Both the position numbers and the translations under genes were made by a program. The notes under the pieces were generated by a model. That model was not told where the DNA came from. It did no database searches and saw only the letters and a list, made by a program, of their open reading frames with translations. Positions 25,601-36,465 of a stretch of 64,000 bases of DNA are shown in pieces. How positions within the stretch are numbered: position 1 is the stretch's first letter; every line of letters begins with the position of its first letter. The DNA is from Macrostomum lignano (taxonomy: Eukaryota). Location: NCBI GenBank assembly GCA_002269645.1, contig NIVC01002069.1, forward strand, positions 143,255-207,254, in the 5' to 3' direction.

Positions 25601-28600
25601 GACATGTAGATTTCACTTCAGATTTCACTTCAGATTAGCATCAACTGTTGAAAATCGACAAGTCACTCACTCAGTCTTCAGCCAGGTCCAGACGAAACTT
25701 TCGGGGAAAAATTTCCGCACCGTTAATTTCTGCTTGGACTTTTCGCTGCCATCTCGACTGACGGCCGGTTTTGAAGGCTTGGCAGGCATCGACTTCTTTG
25801 CCGCCCCGACGGCCATTGGTGCCATCTCCATCACAGCATCATCTGCCAGGGCCATGTTAGCCCGCATAAAGTACATCATGGGCTGGTCCTTCACGTAGTT
25901 GAAGTCGGTTAAAGCTAGTAGGCCGCTTTTCTGTTGGCAGTTGGCAATGTCGGAGTTGGAAAAATGTCAAAGTTGGAAATGTCAGAGATGAAAATGTCAA
26001 AGTTAGAAGTGTCGAAGTTGGAAATGTCGGAGTTGGAAATGTCAGAGTTGGAAATGTCGGAGTTGGAAGTGTGGAACTAGGAAATGTCGGAGTTGGAATT
26101 GTCGGAGTTGGAAGTGTGGAACTAGGAAATGTCAGAGTTGGAAATGTCGGAGATGGAAATGTCAGAGATGAAAATGTCAGAGTTAGAAGTGTGGAATTAG
26201 GAAATATCGGAGTTGGAAATGTCACAGATAAGAATGTCAGAGTTAGAAGTGTCGAATTTGGAAATGTCGGAGTTGGAATTGTCGGAGTTGGAATTGTCGG
26301 AGTTGGAATTGTCGGAGTTGGAATTGTCGGAGTTGGAAATTTCGGAGTTGGAATTGTCGGAGTTGGAAATGTCAGAGTTGGAATTGTCGGAGTTGGAAAT
26401 GTCGGAGTTGGAAATGTCGGAGTTGGAATTGTCGGAGTTGGAAATGTCGGAGTTGGAATTGTCGGAGTTGGAAATGTCGGAGTTGGAATTGTCGGCAGTT
26501 TAAATTTTGGGAATGCATCAAACAGTTATCTATACAGCGCACCTGCAGCTCGGCATCGGTATTTCGCGAATTTCTCCATCGTCCAACATCGAACGCTTCA
26601 TCGCCGCCTTGAGCAGCGGCTGCTCTAACTGCGGTGGCTCGCTTCTCAATATCAGCCGGGCTGATGTCCTGCCCAGTTTTCATCAGGTTCACCGAGTGAT
26701 CAATGCCCGTAAGGAACACGAAGGAGTCTGGATTGGTGCGCACCTGGACGAGCAGAGGCTGCTGCGGAGCGGCTGGCCCAGTGACATTCGATGTCAGGAC
26801 AAGCTGAGGGGTGGGAAGGGCGAGAGACAGGGTATTAGTAGTGCAAATCAGATCATAGATTTGTTGTCTGAGATCATCAGTTTTCAGGCACTTGCTCATA
26901 CAGGGTGTAAAACAACCCTTTGACTCCCCAAGGGTGTACAGCAACCCTTTGACTTCCCAAGGGTGTATAGCAACCCTTTGAATCCCAAAGGGTGTATAGC
27001 AACCCTTTGACTCCCCAAGGGTGTATAGCAACCCTTTTACTCCCCAAGGGTGTACAGCAACCCTTTGACTCCCCAAGGGTGTACAGCAACCCTTTGACTC
27101 CCCAAAGGTGTACAGCAACCCTTTGACTTCCCAAGGGTGTACAGCAACCCTTTGACTCCCCAAGGGTGTACAGCAACCCTTTGACTCCCCAAGGGTGTAC
27201 AGCAACCCTTTGACTCTCCAAAGGTGTACAGCAACCCTTTGACTCCCCAAGGGTGTACAGCAACCCTTTGACTCCCCAAAGGTGTACAGAAACCCTTTGA
27301 CTTCCCAAGGGTGTACAGCAACCCTTTGACTCCCCAAGGGTGTACAGCAACCCTTTGACTTCCCAAGGGTGTACAGCAACCCTTTGACTTCCCAAGGGTG
27401 TACAGCAACCCTTTGACTCCCCAAGGGTGTACAGCAACCCTTTGACTCCCCAAGGGTGTACAGCAACCCTTTGACTCCCCAAGGGTGTACAGCAACCCTT
27501 TGACTCTCCAAAGGTGTACAGCAACCCTTTTACTCCCCAGGGGTGTACAGCAACCCTTTTACTCCCCAAGGGTGTACAGCAACCCTTTGACTCCCCAAGG
27601 GTGTACAGCAACCCTTTGACTTCCCAAGGGTGTACAGCAACCCTTTGACTTCCCAAGGGTGTACAGCAACCCTTTTACTCCCCAAGGGTGTACAGCAACC
27701 CTTTGACTCCCCAAGGGTGTACAGCAACCCTTTGACTTCCCAAGGGTGTACAGCAACCCTTTGACTTCCCAAGGGTGTACAGCAACCCTTTGACTCCCCA
27801 AGGGTGTACAGCAACCCTTTGACTCCTCAAGGGTGTACAGCAACCCTTTGACCCCCCAAAGGTGTACAGCAACCCTTTTACTCCCCAAGGGTGTACAGCA
27901 ACCCTTTGACTCCCCAAGGGTGTACAGCAACCCTTTTACTTCCCAAGGGTGTACAGCAACCCTTTGACTCCCCAAGGGTGTACAGCAACCCTTTTACTCC
28001 CCAAGGGTGTACAGCAACCCTTTTACTCCCCAAGGGTGTACAGCAACCCTTTTACTCCCCAAGGGTGTACAGCAACCCTTTTACTCCCCAAGGGTGTACA
28101 GCAACCCTTTGGATCCCAAAGGTTGTACAGCAAGTACTCACGAATAAACAGAGCACCTACCCCATCGTATGTGGCGGCCAGTTTAAAAATCTTCGCCGCC
28201 GCTACCATCTCGTTGCCATGGAAACCAACGCCAACTAGCGTAAACGATGGAGCCATCGCGGCCACCTGGGCAGCTGTGAGCACAATGGAACCCGCCAAGC
28301 CATCCGCAGCCTCTTCAGAACTGCCAAACGACTTGAGAGGAAGCCAATAGCTGAGGATGCCCTCGTGGTTTACGACCTGAATTGGGATTAATCGCGGATG
28401 TTTATAACTTTGTTTCTTAGAAAGTCTTACGAAGGCTGGCTTTACATATTTTACACATTACACATTTTACACTTTACACATTTTCAGGAAATGTCTAATA
28501 TCCTATATATAATAATACGGATGTTACATATTTTGTGTATATATACATACATACATACATGGCTTAATTGAAAGATTTTCTTAGAAACGACGGTTGCCGA

Positions 28601-31600
28601 CCTAATTTGATTCGTGCAATTGGCTCATGCTTTTGCAACAAACACTGTCATATTATTTTGCAAAGACACAACTCACTGCGCAGAAAATGTTCCGGGCGGG
28701 AATGCCATCGCCTCCGTGCACGGTGATTCGAAGATTGCCGCCATTCTCATCTTGAGTAGTTTCAACTCGAACTGCGCTCTGGCCGCGGGTTTGAAATGAT
28801 TGCAGACTGGCGAACACTTTGTTAGACAGGCCAGGGCACGTGGCCTGTGCAGTGTAGGGTGTTGACGCTCAAGTCATAATTGCTGATATTCAAATAAATT
28901 TCTCTTTAAAAATTGAGTTATCATTTCTCTGTTTTATAAGCTTTAGCGCTTAACTTGAAATGCCCACCCAAGCCCTAACCTGAACCCTAGGCTAAACCCT
29001 AAACTCTAAACCAAAACTTAAAACCCTAACCTAAACTCTAATCTAAACCCTAACCTAAGCGCTAACCTAAAACCTAACTCAAACCTTAACCTAGACCCTA
29101 ACCTAAACCTTAACCTAAATCTAAACAATCTAAATAAACGGCAGTCAAATGTCACTGCCACCAAAATTTTACTGAAAATCAGTACTGGCTGATGAAAGTC
29201 AAACATTAATCGGGTGCAAACAATGGAGTTAATGATACAATAGCGTCTTACCTCAAGGCTAACGGAGGTGAAATCAGCGCTGTCAGGTATCACAGCTGAC
29301 ACTGACCAGCTAGCTTCAGTACCGTCGGGTGTCACTCTGAACAGCTGTTTCGATTGACGCATGCCCCGCTGGAACCAGGACATACGGAGCGTCACTTCCC
29401 CGCTGGGCAGGGGGCCCAGGTAAGGCTTACCGTCAGCTCGCACCAGCTTTAACTGAATAAAAGAGATCAGTTTGGAGATTGGGTTTGACACGTTTGATAC
29501 TGCTGTGGGGTGCGAGGGGGTTTCAGATTGATTTGCGAGATCCCCTAAGAGTGCTCAGGTTAGGGATGCCTTATCTAAGAGTGTGCTCAGGTTGGGGATG
29601 ATGCCTTATCTAAGAGTGTGCTCAGGTTGGGGTTGATGCCTTATCTAAGAGTGTGCTCAGGTTGGGGATGATGCCTTATCTAAGAGTGTGCTCAGGTTGG
29701 GGATGATGCCTTATCTAAGAGTGTACTCAGGTTCGGGTTGATGCCTTATCTAAGAGTGTGCTCAGGTTGGGGATGATGCCTTATCTAAGAGTGTGCTCAG
29801 GTTGGGGTTGATGCCTTATCTAAGAGTGTGCTCAGGTTGGGGTTGATGCCTTATCTAAGAGTGTGCTCAGGTTGAGGATGATGCCTTATCTAAGAGTGTG
29901 CTCAGGTTCGGGTTGATGCCTTATCTAAGAGTGTGCTCAGGTTGGGGTTGATGCCTTATCTAAGAGTGTGCTCAGGTTGGGGATGATGCCTTATCTAAGA
30001 GTGTGCTCAGGTTGGGGATGATGCCTTATCTAAGAGTGTACTCAGGTTGGGGTTGATGCCTTATCTAAGAGTGTACTCAGGTTGGGGATGCCTTATTTAA
30101 GAGTGTGCTCAGGTTGGGGATGATGCCTTATCTAAGAGTGTGCTCAGGTTGAGGGATGATGCCTTATCTAAGAGTGTGCTCAGGTTGGGGATGATGCCTT
30201 ATCTAAGAGTGTGCTCAGGTTGGGGATGATGCCTTATCTAAGAGTGTGCTCAGGTTGGCATTATACTCTGGCACTGAAATTCGCCACAAATAACTCAACG
30301 CACCGTAATGGGCACAGTCATGCCTGGCAGAATGAATGGTGCATCGCCAGTGTCAATCGTGAGACGATATCGCTTCCTGTAGATTGTAAACGTCTTGTTT
30401 GCCAGAGTTCGAATGCCTGAGAGATAGAAAAACAAATAGTGGTTGATAATGATAGTCATGATAATGACTGCCACTAGCTTATTCCCACTATATGACTGCC
30501 ACTAGCTTACTGCCATTATATGACTGCCATTATATGACTACCACTGTATAATTGCTACTTCAGATGACTGCCACTATATGACTGCCATTTATGACTGCCA
30601 CTATATGACTGTCATTTATGACTGCCACGCCATATGACCGTAATTTATGACTGCCACTATATGACTGGCATTTATGACTGCCACACCATATGACTGTAAT
30701 TTATGACTGCCACTATATGACTGTCATTTATGACTGGCATTATATGACTGTCATTTTTGACGGTCATTATATTAGTGCAATTTATGACTGCCACTATATG
30801 ACTGTCATTTATGACTGGCATTATATGACTGTCATTTTTGACGGTCATTATATTAGTGCAATTTATGACTGCCACTATATGACTGCCATTTATGACTGCC
30901 ACTATATGGCTGTCATTTATGACTGCCATTTATGACTGCCACTATGACTGCCACTGTATGACTCCCATTTACGAGCGTATGACTGCCGCCACTATATGAG
31001 TGCCATTTTGATGACCACTATATTAGTGCCACTATATGACCCCCATTTATGACTGCCACTATTTGACAGCATTTGACTCGGCTACATTCAATTTGACATT
31101 TTAGCTGTAACAGAAAATTTACCGCAAAACAACGGAAATGCCTTCCGTGCTAAGTGAAAATTTATGCTAGGATTGTTTTTCAATATTTTCAAATGTGAAG
31201 CCTCAGTGTTTATCTTAGCTATTAACTTGTGCAAGTCTAAAATTAGCAATTTGGAGTTGGCAACTGAAGTAGACACATTCTTTTTTATCTGACTCAATTA
31301 AGTCTTAAGTATCAATAATGGTAGCTTCAATTTCAGGTTTCCATTCCAGACGCATTTAGAGCTCCATGCCTAATATTCGATTGGGGTTCCTCTCCAAGTG
31401 CAGCATCTAGAACTCCATGCCTAACATCCCATTCGGCTTCCTCTCCAGATGCAGCATCTAGAACTCCATGCCTAACATCCCATTCGGCTTCCTCTCCAGA
31501 TGCTGCATCTTGAACTCCATGCCTAACATCCCATTCGGCTTCCTCTCCAGATGCAGCATCTAGAACTCCATGCCTAACATCCCATTCGGCTTCCTCTCCA

Positions 31601-32202
31601 GGTGCAGCATCTAGAACTTCATGCCTAACATCCCATTCGGCTTCCTCTCCAGATGCTGCATCTTGAACTCCATGCCTAACATCCCATTCGGCTTCCTCTC
31701 CAGATGCTGCATCTTGAACTCCATGCCTAGGTATCATATGGACCTGAAATTAGCATGTTACCTGAGAATTTCTCGCGAAACTCCCCAGAAACAAGTGCGC
31801 TAACGTCGCCCCATCTGGCGCGAGTGGCGCCCTGCTGCGCTAGCTTGGAGCGCCACTCGTCCAGCGAGAAGAAAAACTCTGCCAGATTCGAGCCAGCAGA
31901 CGATTGGCTGAGCCGACGACCAATCAAAGTTGTGTTGCAGGGGCCATAGCGATAGTGCCGACCGGAGCTCTGGCAGTTGTGCATCAGCGTCACATTCACG
32001 CTCACTTCGCCTTCGGCAATCTTATCGTAGGTGTACCTGGGCTCGGCTGACACCGTGAAGTTTGCATCGTTCTCGTGTACGAAGTCGGGCAGAGTAAGGC
32101 GGAGCTGCAGCTTCGGGAGCACGTAGCTGAGTAGCGTTATGGGGAGGCATTGGAAATAAGACAGACACTAAGACAGACAGTCAGACAGACAGACAGACAG
32201 AC

Positions 32203-32275
<73 letters not shown>

Positions 32276-32278
32276 GTC

Positions 32279-32317
<39 letters not shown>

Positions 32318-32334
32318 TAGACAGACAGACAGTC

Positions 32335-32385
<51 letters not shown>

Positions 32386-32478
32386 TAGACAGACAGACAG
32401 ACAGTCAGACAGACAGACAGACAGTCAGACAGACAGACAGACAGTCAGTCAGACAGACAGACAGACAGGCAGTCAGTC

Positions 32479-32521
<43 letters not shown>

Positions 32522-32739
32522 GAGACACACAGACAAGACACTAAGACACTAAGACAGACAGTCAGTCAGACACTAAGACAGACACTAAGACAGACAGACA
32601 GACAGACAGTCAGACAGACAAACAGACAGACAGACACTAAGACAGACACTAAGACACTAAGACAGACAGTCAGTCAGACACTAAGACAGACACTAAGACA
32701 GACAGACAGACAGACACTAAGACAGACAGACAGACAGTC

Positions 32740-32788
<49 letters not shown>

Positions 32789-34660
32789 GGCCTCACCGAT
32801 CCACAGTAAAGGTTTTGGTCTCCTTGCCGGACTGTGTCTCGGCGATGAGGCTCCAGTCTCCCAGATTTGGCTGATCGGACAGCTGAAACTGGCCAGTGAA
32901 AACTGCGTCCATCGGGCTGCTGGAGTTGGCCGGCGGCCTGTGTTCGTAGCGGTCCACGAGGTTCCCTTCAGAGTCCTGTAATTTGTTCATTATTGAATAT
33001 TTATAGCATAGGAAGATGTAGAAGAACGGGAAAGTTCGTTTCTCAGAAATTGTTTGCAACTCCACAAGTTCGGAAGTTCAGAAGCTTACATGTTTGTAAC
33101 GCTTGAATTACTGCATATGATTGACTTCACTAGCCAGAATAAAAAAGAAAATGAAACTAATATGAAATAGAACAAACCTTGACTAAAACGGTGACATTCT
33201 GATTGACAGGTGTCAATGAATCGCTAACGGATACAACCCGAAATTTGACCGATTGGCCGGGCTTGTAGATGGCCTTGTCTGTCTGAATAAACAGCTCGGA
33301 GCGAACTGTCCGAACTGACACGCTGCCAGTGTCCGAGAACCTCCTGCCGGCTGAGTCTTGCAGTTCAACTTTCAGAATGCACTTGGCGCTGTAGTCCAGC
33401 TTCTCTGGAGGCTGTTGGAATTTCAGTAGGATTATTATAAAAAAAAGCCAGCCTACCGTAAGTACCATCCAAACTGTAATGTAAGTTCCCAGTATGATAA
33501 ATCCTCTCACCCTTTCCAAACGCATCTTCAACAGAATGGAGTCTGAAGCGAGGAAAAAAAGTTTACTGCTTAGTTTTTTTTCATGCAAGAGCTTAATACG
33601 AGCTAATTAAAATAAATCATCACAGGAAAGCTGCAGACACTTTGACTTGGCGACATTGTCCCGCAACCAGCGTTGAGGCAATTTTGCCCATTCCGCTGAC
33701 TCCTAAGCGCACTACACTAAGCGCACTACCTAAGCGACTCCTAAGTGGTCCTGACTTGCTAATCGTCAGACATGTACACTCTGTGCCTTGGGGGTTGGCC
33801 CTTATGGATGTGAATCGAAGGGTCTATGAGAATTTTCCGCAGGAAGCTTTCCCGCAGCGAGATTTTTTTCGCAGGGTTTTTCCTGTCGGAACTTCAAGTC
33901 AAACTCTAATCTAGTCTAGTTTTAATCTAGTTTAGTTTATGTCTCTAGTCTAGCCTTAGCTTAGTTCTAACCTAATCCAGCATTGCCTACATAGACTGGA
34001 TTTGACTTGAAATTCCGACTAAAAACCCTGCGGGAAAACCTCCCTGTGGGAAAATCTCGCGCGGTCAAACCTCGGCGGGAAAACTTCCTGCGGAAAATTC
34101 TCGGGCTCCCGAATCGAACGATAGATCCCTTAGACAGCCAAATTTCGTACACAGAAGCCCCTGTGCCTCTGTGTATGTGGGGCCACGCACAAAATCGAAC
34201 CAGCTGGGGTCGTGGCGCGAGAGTCAGGCGCGTTTACAATAGCAATAGCAAATACAATGATTACTTGAACCTTCATCAGAGGCTGTTGGAGTCCAGCTAG
34301 CTGACAAGCTGAAGCCCTCGAAGCCGACCCGACCAGCTGTGCAAGCCAGCGAGGCCTCAGCCTTTGCCAACGTGGCACTGGGGGTTAGGAGGCTCACAGC
34401 TACACTGTATTCTCGGCCAGGAAAGAATACCTTCGGTGCCAGGACTGCATAGTTCCTGTGAAGTTTTAATTCAGTTGCATTGATACAACAAATTGGGTAG
34501 ACAATGTTTTCCTACAAGATATTCAGCTTCAGCAAAACAACACTTACTTGAGACCTGACTCAAAAGTCCAATCATCATTTTTATGTCTGGGATATGGCAC
34601 ATAGTCTCCATAGGCCCAAGGGATCATTAGAAGCAAGTAGGTGATAGCAAAATACTGCAT
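16672..34660 (-). CDS. Thioester-containing protein (TEP/CD109/alpha-2-macroglobulin family), full length, 21 exons, ~1558 aa
   Basis: Exons 34548-34660, 34265-34455, 33511-33542, 33178-33411, 32797-32975, 31762-32126, 30304-30416, 29252-29452, 28677-28844, 28161-28376, 26543-26803, 25671-25930, 24708-24804, 23629-23806, 21835-22226, 20761-20966, 20378-20663, 19588-20106, 17628-18083, 16986-17085, 16672-16781 (4677 nt, phases consistent; two donors have alternatives). Signal peptide MQYFAITYLLLMIPWAYG. Family motifs: YAVLAPKVF, FIQTDKAIYKPGQ, YVLPK, RKFFPESFVW, PDTITSW, LPYAIVRGE, MPYGCGEQNM, GRVIHADMQG, GGFHSTQDTVV, NYYKP, CQVCLDCPQC. Confidence 0.95.
18118..19500. repeat. ~20-bp minisatellite (gagaagagaacaggggcgccaga), TEP intron 18
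   Basis: Visible tandem array; source of the 368-aa and 204-aa pseudo-ORFs. Confidence 0.95.
20160..20340. repeat. ~55-60-bp unit x3, TEP intron 17
   Basis: tgactcatcattaagtttctatttttagcatcagttcgctga repeated. Confidence 0.8.
21075..21445. repeat. 16-bp minisatellite (ctattcacaaactaga), TEP intron 15
   Basis: Visible tandem array. Confidence 0.9.
22720..23610. repeat. 17-bp minisatellite (ccccaatagcaagcatc), TEP intron 14
   Basis: Visible tandem array. Confidence 0.95.
23925..24470. repeat. 16-bp minisatellite (acaagacctaaacttc), TEP intron 13
   Basis: Visible tandem array. Confidence 0.9.
24888..25620. repeat. 17-bp minisatellite (cctagatttcacaaacc), TEP intron 12
   Basis: Visible tandem array. 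Confidence 0.9.
25940..26500. repeat. 15-bp minisatellite (ggaaatgtcggagtt), TEP intron 11
   Basis: Visible tandem array. Confidence 0.95.
26900..28130. repeat. 30-bp minisatellite (ccccaagggtgtacagcaaccctttgactc), TEP intron 10
   Basis: About 40 units visible. Confidence 0.95.
28970..29125. repeat. Degenerate (CCCTAA)-like repeat, TEP intron 8
   Basis: aaccctaa/aacctaa/aactctaa variants in tandem. Confidence 0.7.
29555..30260. repeat. 33-34-bp minisatellite (gatgccttatctaagagtgtgctcaggttgggg), TEP intron 7
   Basis: Visible tandem array. Confidence 0.95.
30460..31080. repeat. 14-bp minisatellite (tatgactgccacta), TEP intron 6
   Basis: Visible tandem array. Confidence 0.9.
31360..31730. 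repeat. 57-bp minisatellite, TEP intron 6
   Basis: gcatctagaactccatgcctaacatcccattcggcttcctctccagat repeated ~6 times. Confidence 0.9.
32160..32790. repeat. (GACA)n microsatellite, TEP intron 5
   Basis: Visible. Confidence 0.97.
33640..34240 (-). mobile_element. tRNA-derived SINE-like element (family B) interrupted by a MITE
   Basis: Minus-strand head gtaaacgcgcctgactc...ggttcgatt; flanks colinear with 991-1135. Confidence 0.55.
33817..34131. mobile_element. MITE with long internal inverted repeats
   Basis: Termini aagggtcta / tagatccctt. Arms gagaattttccgcaggaag...ggaacttcaagtcaaa versus tttgacttgaaattccga...cttcctgcggaaaattctc. Confidence 0.75.
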
Positions 34661-36465
34661 ACTGGTGATCTTTACTTAACAACTAGCATGAATGTTGTTT
34701 TAATTAGCAGATTAATCTTTTAGTTAGTTAAAAGTAAATGAAACAAAAATAAAAGAAGTAGTAGGCCAAAACCTATATTAGTAATTTGAGCTTAATTAGT
34801 CTAATAAATTTATTCATAATAAACTATTGCCTTTTTAAGCTTATTTATTGGTGGAAAAATCTTTTTAATATTGATTTATTAAGGCTAAAAGCAATAAGCA
34901 AGTAGAACTTCCAGACTTGATCTATTTCACTCAGTTGGACAACTATATTATATAATCTATTGTCTTTTCATATGGAAAAAAGCTTTTAAGTTTTTTGCTA
35001 TATCTTACTAGATAAAGTTTGATGAAGTCTATTTAATATTGAATTATGACTTATCTTAACTACAACTATATAATTTTTTTGCAATAAGAAGGCAGGTAAT
35101 TCGTTAAAATTGTACCAAAGGAAGCAACAAAAGGAGAAACTTATGTTGTAAAATTGTAAGGTACATCAGTGTGCATGGCTTTAAAAAATACATTTACATA
35201 TAAAAAATACATAATGGCTATATTTATAAACAAAAAATCTTAAATTCATGCCTTTATACAGCTCTCATATCAAGAGGAAAAGTTACGAAAGAATCATGAG
35301 TCAAACTATCTAGATATTCACTAACTCAGGATTAAGGGCTTCCTATGTAAATTAAAAACTGTGTTGGAACTAATTAAAATGTTTCGATTAAACAGTTTTT
35401 CCTCAGTTGATTTTTCATAATAATTCCATTTTAACACACTGCTTACAGATAGATAGTGAGTTTGGATTTTTATACATCGAATAGTAGCTGTTAATACGAA
35501 ATATATTTAATTTATATTTGTTTAACTTACACATTGCATAGAAACCCGAAACTTGGCTTTAGAACGCAGTTGAATGCAGCGCTTTGCATCTGCATTATAG
35601 AGTTTTAGAGATAGAGAGATAAATAGTTCAAGAACGACTAGTTCTAATGATTGAAAAACTCAGGAACAACTTGGACGCTGGCACGCTGCAGGGGTGTTTG
35701 TATCTGCGTGCGTGAGGGCTTTTTAGCCTGTGAGCCATCTCCTGGCGCCGTCGCCCGTTGAGATTTGCGTCTCGCTTTATTGTTTATTCTGCATTTTTGG
35801 CTGCCTGCATGAGCTCATTTTTTTCTGTTTTACTTTTTCTATTTTCTTGCATTCTTTGCATGTCGCATGCATTGATCTTTGTAATGCCAACAAGACATGT
35901 ACTTGGTAATTGAGCTGCTGTACTTAAATATATAGCTAGCTGTTAATTGCTTTTATGACATCGATGGTGCTACCGCGCATCCCCTTTCCTGCCAATGCTG
36001 CTCTTGAATCTTCTTTACGCTGAAATTCATCGAGCGGAACGGTGAGAGTTAAATATTATTATGCCTCGTATACGCTTTTTAAGAAATTATTTATTGTGTA
36101 CTCTGTCGGCATAATTTATAGAAAAAATAATTGATCAGATACGAGCGTATATCAATTTCAACAAAAATATTTTAAGGACCCGTATATAAAGTCAATGTAC
36201 ACTATAAAAAACAGCACGAAACATGCACAGTAGCTAAATTCAGCTCGTCAATGCGAGCTGAAAAGCTACCCTGTCGTGGTTTAAGTGCAACAAGGCATAT
36301 GCAACAAGGCATCTATAATAGATCACAGTGTCTGCATAACAAGTTTACTGATAGAAATTCTCATCCAACTAGTTATACAAAGCATTGTAACATCTTTCAT
36401 CTGGCTCCAGCAAAACATCAGCTATTTAATTGTTAACATCAAATCACATCACTCATGGCGCATCT

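Noticed and set aside
18118-31737. Long ORFs in TEP introns (368, 204, 379, 259, 185 aa, etc.)
   Set aside because: Stop-free translations of minisatellites, open in several frames.
33640-33700. Possible TEP exon GVSGMGKIASTLVAGQCRQVK
   Set aside because: The sequence is a dispersed repeat module with a poor donor; exon 33511-33542 bridges the phases with canonical sites.
35530-35596. Alternative TEP first exon MQMQSAAFNCVLKPSFGFLCNV
   Set aside because: Phase-compatible but not a signal peptide; 34548-34660 gives a proper one. It could still be a 5' UTR exon.
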